A stretch of 64,000 bases of DNA from Patescibacteria group bacterium (GCA_041738615.1 JBGSPL010000001.1:158564-222563), one strand, 5' to 3'. Counted from the first letter of the stretch, positions 1-10,225 are shown. Translations and numbers: made by a program. The notes: generated by a model not told the origin, from the letters alone.

Positions 1-1290
1 GATAACCTCAAGTTTATATATTTTGGCAAACTCCTCTGCTTCTGTGGCGGCTGTACCTGTCATACCGGCAAGCTTAACGTATAAACGGAAGTAATTTTGA
101 AAAGAAATAGTAGCAAGGGTAAGCGATTCACGGTTTACGGTCACGTTTTCCTTTGCCTCAATCGCTTGGTGAAGTCCTTCACTGTAACGGCGGCCAAACA
201 TCAAGCGCCCCGTAAACTCGTCGACGATTACAATCTCGCCGTCACGGATTACATAGTCCTTATCGATTTTGAACATTACGTTTGCCTTGAGTGCCTGCTC
301 TATGTGGTGGACGTTCTCAATCCCGAACTCTTCATAGATATTCTCTACACCGAGGAGTTTTTCCATGTGTGCAATGCCCTCATCGGTAAGAGAAACGGCT
401 TTTTGCTTCTCGTCGAGAGTGTAGTCGGTTTCAGCCTTTAGCTTCTTTACTAGCTGGTCAATTTCGGTATATTTATCGGTGCTTTCCTCTGCAGGTGCAG
501 AGATGATAAGCGGTGTCCTGGCTTCGTCTATAAGGATGGAGTCGACTTCGTCGACTACCGCGTAGTGAAGCGGGCGCTGGACCATTTGTTCGGCGGTTTG
601 TACCATATTGTCGCGTAAATAGTCAAACCCGTACTCGTTGTTGGTGCCATAGGTTATGTCAGCAGCATAAGCTTCCTTGCGGGTAACGGGGCGTAGATTC
701 TCGGTGGTTTCATCAATTACATTGGTGTTTTCGTACTCTGGATCATAAACAAAAGCCGCATCGTGGACAATGATCCCAACGCTTAGTCCCATGGCGTGAT
801 AAAGTTTGCCCATCCAGCCCGCATCACGTCTCGCCAGATAATCATTGACCGTGACAACATGGACGCCCTTGCCTGTAAGTGCGTTTAACACAACGGGCAG
901 GGTTGCTACTAGGGTTTTACCTTCGCCTGTCATCATTTCCGAGATGTTACCTTCGTGGAGCACTAGGCCGCCGATGAGCTGTACGTCAAAGTGGCGCATA
1001 CGGAGCGCTCGTTTCGATGTCTCACGGGTCAAGGCAAAAACCTCTGCAACGTGGGATTCCATGGCATCATTCTCGATAGTGCGGATAGAGTCCTTGTCGG
1101 TCTCTTTTTCGAGCTCCTTCTGTATTTTCAGCTCGATCTCCTTCCGGATTTCGGCAATGCGAGAGACAATCTGTTCATCTTTTAGTGAACTTACTTGGTT
1201 TTCCAGTGCGTTTGTAGCGTCAACGTATTTCTGTAGTTTAGCGACCCTCTTTTGATTGGGGTCACCAATGATTTTACTTAGAAGTGACAT
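1..1290 (-). CDS. secA: Preprotein translocase ATPase SecA, N-terminal ~430 aa; C-terminus lies beyond the window start
   Basis: Minus-strand translation [16 protein letters not shown]...[33 protein letters not shown]...[21 protein letters not shown] matches the SecA DEAD motor domain; ATG at 1288-1290. Confidence 0.9.
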   Translation of the reverse strand, partial: MSLLSKIIGDPNQKRVAKLQKYVDATNALENQVSSLKDEQIVSRIAEIRKEIELKIQKELEKETDKDSIRTIENDAMESHVAEVFALTRETSKRALRMRHFDVQLIGGLVLHEGNISEMMTGEGKTLVATLPVVLNALTGKGVHVVTVNDYLARRDAGWMGKLYHAMGLSVGIIVHDAAFVYDPEYENTNVIDETTENLRPVTRKEAYAADITYGTNNEYGFDYLRDNMVQTAEQMVQRPLHYAVVDEVDSILIDEARTPLIISAPAEESTDKYTEIDQLVKKLKAETDYTLDEKQKAVSLTDEGIAHMEKLLGVENIYEEFGIENVHHIEQALKANVMFKIDKDYVIRDGEIVIVDEFTGRLMFGRRYSEGLHQAIEAKENVTVNRESLTLATISFQNYFRLYVKLAGMTGTAATEAEEFAKIYKLEVI

Positions 1291-1656
1291 CTATTGACGG
1301 CTTTCTATCCGGAGAATCTTTTTTAGCAGAGTCTTCCCCTTCGTGATGCGAGAAACCTTTGGGCTATGTGCGGCCTTATTTTTTTCAAGCAGACGAATAA
1401 GCTTTCTTTCTAACTCATCAACAGCAGCAAATAGAGTTTTGGCTTCTGCAGTAGCTGTGATATCAGGACCAGCTACCTGGATGGTAGCCTTTGCCGTAGC
1501 TAGTTTCTTTTCGGTTTTCTTTTTGCTTTCCTCTACTACCACGTCAATCACAAGTACCGACTTGTAGTGCTTGCAGAGCTTATTCATTTTCTTCTCAATA
1601 TATTTCTTGAGCTCGGGTGTTACTGCGGTTTCATGACCAGAAATGTTCAGTTTCAT
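1291..1656 (-). CDS. hpf: Ribosome hibernation promoting factor (HPF/RaiA family)
   Basis: MKLNISGHETAVTPELKKYIEKKMNKLCKHY is the typical HPF/YfiA N-terminus; internal Met of ORF 1291..1791; upstream part of that ORF overlaps serS in another frame. Confidence 0.8.
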   Translation of the reverse strand: MKLNISGHETAVTPELKKYIEKKMNKLCKHYKSVLVIDVVVEESKKKTEKKLATAKATIQVAGPDITATAEAKTLFAAVDELERKLIRLLEKNKAAHSPKVSRITKGKTLLKKILRIESRQ

Positions 1657-1666
1657 GATGTCCTCC

Positions 1667-2920
1667 TTATTTAATGCTGTCCTTGCCAACCCATTTTTGT
1701 AGTACCTTTGGTATTTTGATACTACCATCGGCTTGTTGGTTGTTTTCGATAATGGCGATGAGAGCCCTGGTTGTGGCGACTGCAGTACCATTTATCATAT
1801 AGACAAAGTCTTTCTTGTCGCCGTCTTTGTATTTAATGCTGAGGGCACGTGATTGATAGTCAGTACAATTTGATGTCGAGGTTACCTCGGCCCAATCGCC
1901 CAGCGAGCCGTCTTTATTCGGTTTACCTGGCATCCATGCCTCCAGGTCAAAGGTCTGAATCGCTGGTGCTCCAAGGTCTGCTGTACAGTGGTCGATGACA
2001 CGGTAAGGAATCTGAAGACCCGAAAATATCTCTTTTTCAATCTCCAGGAGTTCCCTGTGAGCGCTTTCGGCCTTCTCGGGTAAGACATATTGGAACATTT
2101 CTACCTTTGTAAATTGATGAACCCGGAAGATACCTTTTGAAAATTTGGAATAAGAGCCAGCCTCGGTGCGGAAACAGTGTGAAAGGGCCACATACTTTAG
2201 CGGAAGTGACTTAGCGTCCAGAACCTCGTCCATGTGGTAACCACCCATCGTGATTTCAGCAGTACCAATGAGTGAGAGGTCTGTGTCTTCCAGATTATAA
2301 ACCTGAGTTGAATCCCCACGAGGGTTGAACCCAAGTCCGTACAGAACCTCTCTTTTCGCCACATCGGGCGTAGTGAACGGGGTAAACCCATGCTTTACGG
2401 CTATCTCCATAGCATAGCTAGCGAGCGCAAGCTCCATGAGAGCAAGCTCATTCTTGAGGTAGTAAAATTTGGCGCCAGCAACCTTGGTAGCACGGTCAAA
2501 ATCGATAAGATTGTGCTTTTCAGCAAGAACTAGATGATCGAGAGGTGTAAAGCTGAATTTAGTGGGCCTACCCGCTTCGAGTACAGGATTGTCGTCTTCG
2601 TCTTGGCTCACATGGACTTCTGGGTGAGTCAGATTAGGTACGCTAAACCAAATATCCCGGTATTCGGCCTCTATGTCGGAAAGCTTGTCCGATAGTTTTT
2701 CTTCTTCGGCCTTGCTTTTCGCGAGTTTTGCGATCTCAGCAGCGCTGGGCTTACCTTTGATCTTATTCCGAACTGAGCGAAATTCGTCAATCTTAGCGGC
2801 AAGCTCATTCTTTTCTTTATCTAGAGTCAGGAGCCTCGGGATATCTGCCTTGGAGCCGCGATTAAGACAGTTTGTCGCTACTTCCTCTGCGTGATCCCGT
2901 ATATATTTAATGTCTAACAT
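1667..2920 (-). CDS. serS: Seryl-tRNA synthetase
   Basis: 417 aa with N-terminal coiled-coil arm, class II core (FRTEAGSYSK, GTAVATTRALIAIIEN). Confidence 0.93.
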   Translation of the reverse strand: MLDIKYIRDHAEEVATNCLNRGSKADIPRLLTLDKEKNELAAKIDEFRSVRNKIKGKPSAAEIAKLAKSKAEEEKLSDKLSDIEAEYRDIWFSVPNLTHPEVHVSQDEDDNPVLEAGRPTKFSFTPLDHLVLAEKHNLIDFDRATKVAGAKFYYLKNELALMELALASYAMEIAVKHGFTPFTTPDVAKREVLYGLGFNPRGDSTQVYNLEDTDLSLIGTAEITMGGYHMDEVLDAKSLPLKYVALSHCFRTEAGSYSKFSKGIFRVHQFTKVEMFQYVLPEKAESAHRELLEIEKEIFSGLQIPYRVIDHCTADLGAPAIQTFDLEAWMPGKPNKDGSLGDWAEVTSTSNCTDYQSRALSIKYKDGDKKDFVYMINGTAVATTRALIAIIENNQQADGSIKIPKVLQKWVGKDSIK

Positions 2921-2954
2921 ACTTTTCTCCTATCTCTATTATATCAAGGATGTG

Positions 2955-4496
2955 TTACTTTGCAGTTTCAGTGAGGCGAGCTATTACAAACTTTGGTTCT
3001 AGCGAGGCTAGGAGCCATCCAGCCTGGGGCCCCGATTCCTTACCAAGAAATGACAGGTAGATAGCCGAGAAAGCCTCTTTTGGCGATATCTCGCTACTCT
3101 TCTTGATTTCATGGATTGCCCCGTGCAGTTCCTCACCTGTCCAAGTAGCTTTTGATTGGAAGTTGAGAAGAAGCTGAAAAAGAAATCCTTTCTGGGCTGC
3201 GTTCAGGGTAATCTTTGGCAAGGATTCTGCGACCTTGAATACAAAGTCCGCAGGCGCATACTTCTCGAGCCATTTCTTGGCATAAAGGATTCTCTCTTCA
3301 AGGTTGGTGAGCTCGGTTCTACTGAGCTTACTACCCTTTTCGTTCTCTGCTTCAGCATAAATATCAACGCGAGGCATCTGAACAGCAAGGGCTACTTTGG
3401 AGAAGCGCATGCGGTATCCAGACTCGAAACCTGGGTTTTGAACAATTTCCCAGGCTCTTGCGATATCCGGGAAATCCACTTCGCCCAAATAGGCTTTCAT
3501 AGCGCGGTCATAGTCGTCAAAAAGATTGGGAATCGTAACTCCAGCTGGATCAAACTCAATTACCTTTTTTGGATTCTTTGCCATGAGATAGCGTACCAGT
3601 TCAGGAGGAAGGATCTCGGACATTTCCTTTGCAGAGACCCCGAGGCCTTTGGACGAGCTCATCTTCTTGCCTCCAATGACGAAGAAGTCGTAGCGAATAT
3701 CGGCAGGTGCTGGAAATTTGAATACTTCGCGAGTGAGCACGTCTGCCATTTCTCTACTCCCACCAGCGGCCCAGTGATCTTTGCCCTCGCCTTCAACGGT
3801 TATTCCAAGTGCCTTCCAACGCGCGGGCCACTCCACTCTCCAGTACAGCTTACCGGTGCCGTTGTAGGGGCTAACTTTGCCTGCATGGCCACAACCCTGT
3901 GCCCATTCTACTTTCGCTCGCTCACAACTATAGGTAACCAGCTCGCCGTCCCAGTCTGTGACAGTAGTGGTCCCGATCTTGCCACACTGTTCGCATATTG
4001 GTTGGAACGGAAACCACTTTTCACCTTTGTCTGCGTGACTGACGCGTTTGTAAATCTCTTTGATTTCTGTGACAGCGGTAAGAGCTTCTTTGATTACTTC
4101 ATTCATTTTGCCGCTCTTGTAGAGCTCTGACATGCGGAGAAACTCCGGTTTTGCTCCGACGCGGTTAGCAGTAGCGATAAATTCTTCGCTAAAATACTCA
4201 GAAAGTACGAGCCCTTCAGTAGGTGAAGGAATTGTAAATAAAGGTTTTCCCATCTCGTCGGCATATTTTTTGCTGTCCAGGTAGACTGGCATACCATCCA
4301 TAGGGTCGAAATCGTCGAGGATGAAGGTATAACTCGATTTTAGGCCGTCGTTAAGGAGGGCCCGGTTTGCAATATCGTGAACTATGAGTCCTCGCAGGCT
4401 ACCTACATGAGCAAAGCCAGAGGCACTCCAGGCGTCATCAACGAGCTGTGTTTTATTTTTGTCGAGTTTAGCGGCGATTTCGTCTGCCCAGAACAT
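2955..4496 (-). CDS. lysK: Lysyl-tRNA synthetase, class I (archaeal/LysK type)
   Basis: 513 aa; HVGS-like HIGH region (FAHVGSLRG) and KMSSSKG motif; Zn-binding Cys cluster CEQCGK...; class I LysRS architecture. Confidence 0.88.
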   Translation of the reverse strand: MFWADEIAAKLDKNKTQLVDDAWSASGFAHVGSLRGLIVHDIANRALLNDGLKSSYTFILDDFDPMDGMPVYLDSKKYADEMGKPLFTIPSPTEGLVLSEYFSEEFIATANRVGAKPEFLRMSELYKSGKMNEVIKEALTAVTEIKEIYKRVSHADKGEKWFPFQPICEQCGKIGTTTVTDWDGELVTYSCERAKVEWAQGCGHAGKVSPYNGTGKLYWRVEWPARWKALGITVEGEGKDHWAAGGSREMADVLTREVFKFPAPADIRYDFFVIGGKKMSSSKGLGVSAKEMSEILPPELVRYLMAKNPKKVIEFDPAGVTIPNLFDDYDRAMKAYLGEVDFPDIARAWEIVQNPGFESGYRMRFSKVALAVQMPRVDIYAEAENEKGSKLSRTELTNLEERILYAKKWLEKYAPADFVFKVAESLPKITLNAAQKGFLFQLLLNFQSKATWTGEELHGAIHEIKKSSEISPKEAFSAIYLSFLGKESGPQAGWLLASLEPKFVIARLTETAK

Positions 4497-4564
4497 GTAA
4501 TTCCTTCCTGTCTAACGGTATAAATGTACCTATATTTTACCGCATCTGGCGGTATTTGGCTATT

Positions 4565-4614
4565 AAAAAACCCCTTATGACGTTGCTATCTAGAGCTTTT
4601 GAAGGGGTTTTGTA
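4565..4614. terminator. Hairpin (AACCCCTT...AAGGGGTT) flanked by A/T runs between greA stop and lysK start
   Basis: Inverted repeat with A-run 5' and T-run 3', seen directly. Confidence 0.45.
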
Positions 4615-4629
4615 AACAATTTGTTTTGG

Positions 4630-5097
4630 CTACTTGATTTTCTTTATCTTGTACTCAATTTTCCCAGCAGGTACTTCGATTTCTACAGTTTCCCCTGCCT
4701 TCTTGCCAAGCAGTGCCTTGCCGATTGGTGATTCGTTGGAGATCCAGCCCTTCTCGGGGTCTGCCTCTGCACTTCCTACTATCATGAATTCCATCTCGCC
4801 CTTGTTGACCTCTACGTGTACAGAACAGCCGACATTGACCTGAGTACAGTTATCGTGGGACTCGTCAATGATGACGGCACCCTTGAGGATGTGCTCAAGC
4901 TCGGCGATACGACCCTCGATAAATACCTGTTGGTCTTTCGCGTCAGCGTACTCGGAATTTTCAGAAAGGTCGCCGTACTCTTTGGCTGTCTTGATCATGT
5001 CAGCAATCTTTTTGCGGCCATCAGTAGTAAGCTCATCGTATTCATGTTGTAGTTTTGTTAGTCCCGCTTTGGTCAGGTAGATTTCTTTTGTTTCCAT
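4630..5097 (-). CDS. greA: Transcription elongation factor GreA
   Basis: 155 aa, LTKAGLTKLQHEYDEL...DLSENSEYADAKDQQ coiled-coil plus FKBP-like C-domain. Confidence 0.92.
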   Translation of the reverse strand: METKEIYLTKAGLTKLQHEYDELTTDGRKKIADMIKTAKEYGDLSENSEYADAKDQQVFIEGRIAELEHILKGAVIIDESHDNCTQVNVGCSVHVEVNKGEMEFMIVGSAEADPEKGWISNESPIGKALLGKKAGETVEIEVPAGKIEYKIKKIK

Positions 5098-5143
5098 GAC
5101 TCTCCAAACTGTGTTTTTGGTTTATAAATCTTCAAATTGAGAG

Positions 5144-5172
5144 TAAAAAGATAGGAGTTTGGTCACTCCTAG
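5144..5172 (-). terminator. Intrinsic terminator/attenuator hairpin inside the greA 5' leader
   Basis: Minus strand TAGGAGT-GACCAA-ACTCCTA followed by TCTTTTT; lies between the promoter (5203-5231) and greA ATG. Confidence 0.5.
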
Positions 5173-5202
5173 CCCTTTTGCGTCCCCGCGGAACGCTTCC
5201 AA

Positions 5203-5243
5203 ATTCTAGTTTCTAGTGAGCTTTTTGTCAAGCCTTTTGTCAA
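5203..5243 (-). promoter_or_regulatory. Sigma70-like promoter for greA with duplicated TTGACA
   Basis: Minus strand TTGACA(5231-5226)-17 nt-TAGAAT(5208-5203); a second TTGACA at 5243-5238 overlaps the glyQS stop. Confidence 0.55.
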
Positions 5244-6607
5244 AGGCCGAGGCTGTGGAAAAAGGTGTTTAGTTCGGTGATTTTAACCCTTTCCTGCTTC
5301 ATGGTATCACGGTGTCTCACTGTGACGCACTTATCCTCTAGCGAGTCGAAGTCTACGGTGATGCAGAAGGGGGTACCTATCTCGTCCTGACGGCGATAAC
5401 GCTTACCAATATTACCATTATCGTCAAACTCACACATGAAGTCCTCTGCTAGATTCTCGTACAGTTTCTTCGCTAGGGAGACGAGATCGGGCTTGTTCTT
5501 CAGTAACGGGAAAACAGCAATCTTTATGGGGGCAATACTTGCCGGGAATTTCAAGACCACGCGTTCGTCTGTATCCAGTTTCTCTTCGGTGTAGGCCGAA
5601 CAGAGCGCCGCCAGAAGCGAGCGATCAAGCCCGAATGTCGGTTCAATAACGTGCGGTAGGAATTTCTCTCCGCCTGTAGGATCTGCGTAGGAAAGTTCAA
5701 CTCCTGAAGCCTTTTGATGTGAAGAAAGATCGAAGTCACCACGGTGCGCGAGGCCGAAAAGCTCGGAGAATCCAAACGGGTACTCGTACTCGATATCTAT
5801 CGTTTTCTTTGAATAATGGGAGAGTTTCTCCTTTGGGTGTTCGTAGCGACGGATTTGGCTATCTGTAATTCCGAGAGATTTTGCAAAGTCTTCTTGTGAG
5901 CCTAGCCATTCATCAAAGAGCGGTTCCCACTTTTTCTTAGGGTCTATAAAGTACTCAATCTCCATCTGTTCAAACTCGCGAAGGCGAAAGATGAAATTGC
6001 GCGCGACTATCTCGTTACGGAAAGCTTTACCGATTTGTGCAATTCCAAAAGGGATCCGTACCCGCATGGAGTCGATGATACTTTTGTATTCAACAAAAAT
6101 AGCACCGGCTGTTTCGGGACGTAGATAAACGTCGCCATCATAGCTATTCATCTGGGTCTTGAACATCATGTTAAGAAATTTTGCTTCTGCCCAGTCTGTT
6201 TTGCCACAATTTGGGCACTTGATAGCGCCAAGAGCTTTGTTGAGGGCAACTAGATCCCCTTCCAGGTCCTTCCCCGTAGCTTCCTCTACAACATGATCTG
6301 CACGAAAACGATTCTGACATTTTTTGCAGTCTACCATTGCATCGTTAAAGCCCTCGGTGTGCCCAGAAGCTTTCCATACGGCAGGAATTAACAAGATTGG
6401 CCCGTCGATACCCACGATATCAATTCGTTTCTGGACAAAGGTTTTCCACCACAAGTCTTTGATATTCTTCTTTAGTAGTGCACCGTATGGGCCGTATGAA
6501 TATGAGTTGGCAAACCCACCGTATATTTCGCAAGACGGGTAGACAAATCCACGTCTCTTACTGAGGCTTACTATCTTTTCCATCTTGTTCTGGGCTTTGG
6601 TACTCAT
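5240..6607 (-). CDS. glyQS: Glycyl-tRNA synthetase, dimeric (alpha2) type
   Basis: 455 aa; YGGFANSYSYGPYGALLKKNI, class II motifs, insertion domain with Cys pairs, C-terminal anticodon-binding domain. Confidence 0.92.
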   Translation of the reverse strand: MSTKAQNKMEKIVSLSKRRGFVYPSCEIYGGFANSYSYGPYGALLKKNIKDLWWKTFVQKRIDIVGIDGPILLIPAVWKASGHTEGFNDAMVDCKKCQNRFRADHVVEEATGKDLEGDLVALNKALGAIKCPNCGKTDWAEAKFLNMMFKTQMNSYDGDVYLRPETAGAIFVEYKSIIDSMRVRIPFGIAQIGKAFRNEIVARNFIFRLREFEQMEIEYFIDPKKKWEPLFDEWLGSQEDFAKSLGITDSQIRRYEHPKEKLSHYSKKTIDIEYEYPFGFSELFGLAHRGDFDLSSHQKASGVELSYADPTGGEKFLPHVIEPTFGLDRSLLAALCSAYTEEKLDTDERVVLKFPASIAPIKIAVFPLLKNKPDLVSLAKKLYENLAEDFMCEFDDNGNIGKRYRRQDEIGTPFCITVDFDSLEDKCVTVRHRDTMKQERVKITELNTFFHSLGL

Positions 6608-6616
6608 GAGATCTCC

Positions 6617-6931
6617 TTAAAGGGTATATAGGTCTTTGTTAAGCAATGCGGTTGCGTCTTCTGCTGTAAGCTTACCCAATGAAACTAGGTATTGCAAATC
6701 GTCTGTAAATTCCTGAAAAAGGGCGTCAAATCGCTCTTCACTGGCCTCACGTACTATGCAGAAGGTTTTGTTGGTGTCTATAATCCAGGCTTCCATCTCC
6801 TCCTGGTTCATGAGTTCCCCCTCTGTATGCAGTGTGTCGACAACTAGCTTCTCTGGAATTTCTTCATGTTTCGCTATGTAGTCTGATTGTTTCCAGGCGA
6901 GCGGAGAGGTGTGCTTTTTGTTCTTTTCCAT
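6617..6931 (-). CDS. Hypothetical acidic protein (104 aa)
   Basis: ORF tightly packed between recO and glyQS; no recognisable motif. Confidence 0.45.
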   Translation of the reverse strand: MEKNKKHTSPLAWKQSDYIAKHEEIPEKLVVDTLHTEGELMNQEEMEAWIIDTNKTFCIVREASEERFDALFQEFTDDLQYLVSLGKLTAEDATALLNKDLYTL

Positions 6932-6954
6932 AGGTAAATCATACCAAAATACTG

Positions 6955-7692
6955 CTAAGGGGTCAATTTGATACTAGCAAGAGAAAGGTACTCTCGGCCG
7001 GTGGTACTGGTGAGAAATTGTTCTACTACACTCGCTAGAATATTTGCTTGGTCTTCTGTGACGCTAAGTCTTTGGATCTGGTTTACTGAAGCCTCTTGGA
7101 TAAACCGCCAAAGCTTGATAGTGTCCTTATCTGCGTGTTTTAGGCTTTCGGTCACAGGGTTGCAGTCGACGCAAAAGATACCCCCAGCAGTGTGGCTAAA
7201 TCGAATCTCACCATCTGGTTTCTTGTGGCATACGAGACAAACAGAGAGTTCTGGGTAGCTGCCAAGTGCTTTTAGAATCTGCGAGATGTAGTACACCTTA
7301 AGTACCTGGCGGTTTATTTTGCCCAGGTTTCCTAGGCAGAAAGCTAGCGCCTCGTATACACTCGGTAATGAGTGTTCCTCGACGATTGCTTTCACCGTTA
7401 ACTCGGAAAAAAAGTGAGCATCTGCAATTAACTCTAGATCTGTCGTCTCGCTCAGGTAATGTTGTATTGGAGACACCTCGGTAATAATCTGAAAGGTCTT
7501 GCCAGTAGATAGAACAAACTCAGCCTCTGTAAAGAGCTCAACTGCTCCGCCGTACTTACTTTTCTGTTTCCTTGAGCCCTTGGCAATTGCAGAAATCCTT
7601 CCCAGCTCATATGAAAAAAGAGTGAGCACACGATCTGCCTCACCCTGGTTTCTTCTTTTTATAACGATTGCCTTTGTTCTATAGATTGACAT
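6955..7692 (-). CDS. recO: DNA repair protein RecO
   Basis: MSIYRTKAIVIKRRNQGEADRVLTLFS (OB-fold N-term) and CxxC...CxxC zinc motif (CLVCHKK...CVDCN); ATG at 7692 one nt from the upstream gene stop. Confidence 0.85.
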   Translation of the reverse strand: MSIYRTKAIVIKRRNQGEADRVLTLFSYELGRISAIAKGSRKQKSKYGGAVELFTEAEFVLSTGKTFQIITEVSPIQHYLSETTDLELIADAHFFSELTVKAIVEEHSLPSVYEALAFCLGNLGKINRQVLKVYYISQILKALGSYPELSVCLVCHKKPDGEIRFSHTAGGIFCVDCNPVTESLKHADKDTIKLWRFIQEASVNQIQRLSVTEDQANILASVVEQFLTSTTGREYLSLASIKLTP

Positions 7693-7693
7693 C

Positions 7694-8119
7694 TTAGTCG
7701 GTAAAGGCAACGCCGGCGATGTTCCCCTTGTTCTTTAGGGTCTCGTTTACAATTTCGACCACATCAGATGGGGTGTGCTCGGCTTTTATCAGGTAATCGG
7801 TAGCGCCAGCAGTGAAGCCGTTGGTCATCTGGTCTATCTCGCCAAAATTTGAAAGAATAATAACAGGAGTTTCCTTGGTGGGGTCGTATTTACGGAGTTG
7901 CTTAAGAACCTCAAAGCCGTTCATCACGGGCATCATAACGTCAAGTAAGATAATGTCTGGAAGCTCCTTCTTCGCCATATCTAGTCCCTTACCGCCATCT
8001 TCGGCGGCGAAGACCTCGAAACCACTTTTCTCGAGCTTTATACAATACAAATCACGAATTGATTTGTCATCTTCTACTATAAGTAATTTTGTTTTAGCCA
8101 CAGTTACCTCCGTTGACAT
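7694..8119 (-). CDS. Stand-alone response regulator receiver domain (CheY-like)
   Basis: 141 aa; LLIVEDDKSIRDLY...ILLDVMMPVMNGFEVLKQLR...KETPVIILS: phospho-acceptor Asp and conserved Lys context; no output domain. Confidence 0.8.
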   Translation of the reverse strand: MSTEVTVAKTKLLIVEDDKSIRDLYCIKLEKSGFEVFAAEDGGKGLDMAKKELPDIILLDVMMPVMNGFEVLKQLRKYDPTKETPVIILSNFGEIDQMTNGFTAGATDYLIKAEHTPSDVVEIVNETLKNKGNIAGVAFTD

Positions 8120-8143
8120 TATTATAGACGACTAATTTCAGAT

Positions 8144-10225
8144 TTAAAACTCTTTTAGATATGAACGGTCAGGATTTGTTGTGGGAATTGTCCCCTCCTT
8201 GAAATATTCTAAGATATTTGGGCTGCCTTGCCAAGTAGCTAGAGCGCCGGTATAAGGGTTTACCCAGGCCTGTTTGATGTTTGCGGGTTTTGGGAAGGGC
8301 GTGTCAGCTTTGTCGGCTAAAGCAGCGGTCATGATATCGTGCCAGACATAGGCTGCACCCTCGACTCCAGAAACATTTTTCATTGGCGCGTGGTCATTAT
8401 TCCCCATCCAAACTCCAACAACATAATCTGGAGAGTAGCCCATAGTCCACGAGTCGCTATAGTTGTCAGTGGTTCCAGTCTTTACGGCTGTGGTCTTGTC
8501 CGTTTTGAGCGGACTTACGCTGCCGAATGTCACCGAACGAGCATTGTTGTCCGAAAGGATGCTGCTAATAATGTATGCGGTCTCTTCACTAATGACTTGA
8601 TTCTTTACCCTGGTTGGTAGGGTTACTGTGTCTCCGCGATTGTTTTTAATGGAAAGAATCGCCGATTGTGGTGCTCGTTTGCCCCCGTCCGCAAAAGTAG
8701 AGAAGGCTTCTACCATATCAACTAGCTTCACTTCACCCGAACCAAGAGACAGTGGCAATCCATAATTATCAGGCCCAGAATTTAGCGATGATATTCCTAA
8801 CCTATGCGCCGTATCAATTACCTTCTCGAGTCCTACTAACTTGCCCATTTCGACTGCTGTGGTATTTAGAGACCTAGCTAGAGCGTTTCGCACGGTTAGA
8901 TAACCAGAATACCCACCACTATAGTTTTTCGGGGAGTAGGTTGGGTTGCTGCCAAACGATAAATATTTGTCGACAAGAATGGATGCAGCAGAGTAGCCGT
9001 TCTCAAGCGCCGTAGCATAGACCAGGGGCTTAAACGAAGATCCTGGTTGTCTTTCGCTCGTGGCAACATTGACCTTGCTGGTATTCCAATCGGCCCCGCC
9101 CACCATCGCAAGGATTGTGCTTGTTTTGGGGTCGGCCACCACTGCGGCGGCATTACTCGCGCCTTTGTAGGAAAGAGTGACAAGCTTTTCCTTGACCTGT
9201 TGTTCTGCGACGGCTTGCAGCTTTGGATCCAGACTGGTATATACCTTGAGCCCCTTCTCTGAAATGTTATCCTCCCCCAGCTTCGTCGCAAGCTCATCCT
9301 TCACATATTGTGAGAAATAGGGGTATTTATCAAAAGAATCAACCTTGCCTACAAGGGTAAGAGGCTCGTTGGCAGCAGCTTTCGCCTGCTCTAGTGTAAT
9401 CATTTTGGCACCTAGCATCTGCTGCAAGACATATTCTTGACGCTTTTTTGCCTGCAAATAATTTACTCCTAGGGGGTCGTAGTACGTTGGTGCCTGGGGC
9501 AAACCAGCCAGCATTGAAGATTCAGCGAGGTCTAGCTGAGAGAGATCCTTGTCAAAGAATACCCTAGCTGCATTCTTGATGCCCAAAGCCTGCTCACCGT
9601 AGTATATCTCGTTTAGATACATTTCGAGGATTTGGTCTTTACTGTACTTTTCTTCAAGCTTTGAAGAGAAGACGGCTTCTTTGATTTTACGTTCGAAGCT
9701 TTTCTCGGACGTGAGGTAAACATTCTTCACGAGTTGTTGAGTAATGGTGCTGCCACCTTGTGAGTAATTGCCCTCAGAAAAAAGGTTCGTGAGTTTTTCA
9801 ATTCCGCTTCCCTTACTGTTTTGCCAGTTTACATAGGCGGCTCTGGCAAGGCCCTTTAGATATATTGGCCCATGGTTATAAAATTCTAGGTCTTCAGCGG
9901 CTAGGGTTGCCTTCTTAACGTCCTCAGGGATGTCTGCAAGCTTGACTCTATTTGGCTCAGCAGCACCATAACCGCGAAAGATTTCCCCGCCGTCTTTGTC
10001 GTACATCACGAGCTGCGTCGAGTTGCTCTGGGGCTTAATCTTGGCAAATTCCGCCGAATATTTGAAATATAGTCCTAGGGTACCAAAGAAAACTGTAAGA
10101 AATAGCCCGGTAAATAAAAGCCCCAGCCCTACCATAAGGACGCGAAAAAACTTTAGCGTCACCTTCTTGGTTTTCGCCAGAGCATTTGAATAGGTCGTAA
10201 TGATTAGTTCTTCTCGTTCTTTCAC
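8144..10225 (-). CDS. Class A penicillin-binding protein (transglycosylase + transpeptidase, PBP1A-like)
   Basis: 693 aa; N-terminal TM; GT51 motifs (EDLEFYNHGP, GGSTITQQLVKN), TP motifs (SSFKP, SxN, KTGT). Confidence 0.9.
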   Translation of the reverse strand: MKEREELIITTYSNALAKTKKVTLKFFRVLMVGLGLLFTGLFLTVFFGTLGLYFKYSAEFAKIKPQSNSTQLVMYDKDGGEIFRGYGAAEPNRVKLADIPEDVKKATLAAEDLEFYNHGPIYLKGLARAAYVNWQNSKGSGIEKLTNLFSEGNYSQGGSTITQQLVKNVYLTSEKSFERKIKEAVFSSKLEEKYSKDQILEMYLNEIYYGEQALGIKNAARVFFDKDLSQLDLAESSMLAGLPQAPTYYDPLGVNYLQAKKRQEYVLQQMLGAKMITLEQAKAAANEPLTLVGKVDSFDKYPYFSQYVKDELATKLGEDNISEKGLKVYTSLDPKLQAVAEQQVKEKLVTLSYKGASNAAAVVADPKTSTILAMVGGADWNTSKVNVATSERQPGSSFKPLVYATALENGYSAASILVDKYLSFGSNPTYSPKNYSGGYSGYLTVRNALARSLNTTAVEMGKLVGLEKVIDTAHRLGISSLNSGPDNYGLPLSLGSGEVKLVDMVEAFSTFADGGKRAPQSAILSIKNNRGDTVTLPTRVKNQVISEETAYIISSILSDNNARSVTFGSVSPLKTDKTTAVKTGTTDNYSDSWTMGYSPDYVVGVWMGNNDHAPMKNVSGVEGAAYVWHDIMTAALADKADTPFPKPANIKQAWVNPYTGALATWQGSPNILEYFKEGTIPTTNPDRSYLKEF

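Noticed and set aside
3156-4130. 324-aa plus-strand ORF
   Set aside because: It lies entirely antisense to the well-supported class I lysRS, with no motifs
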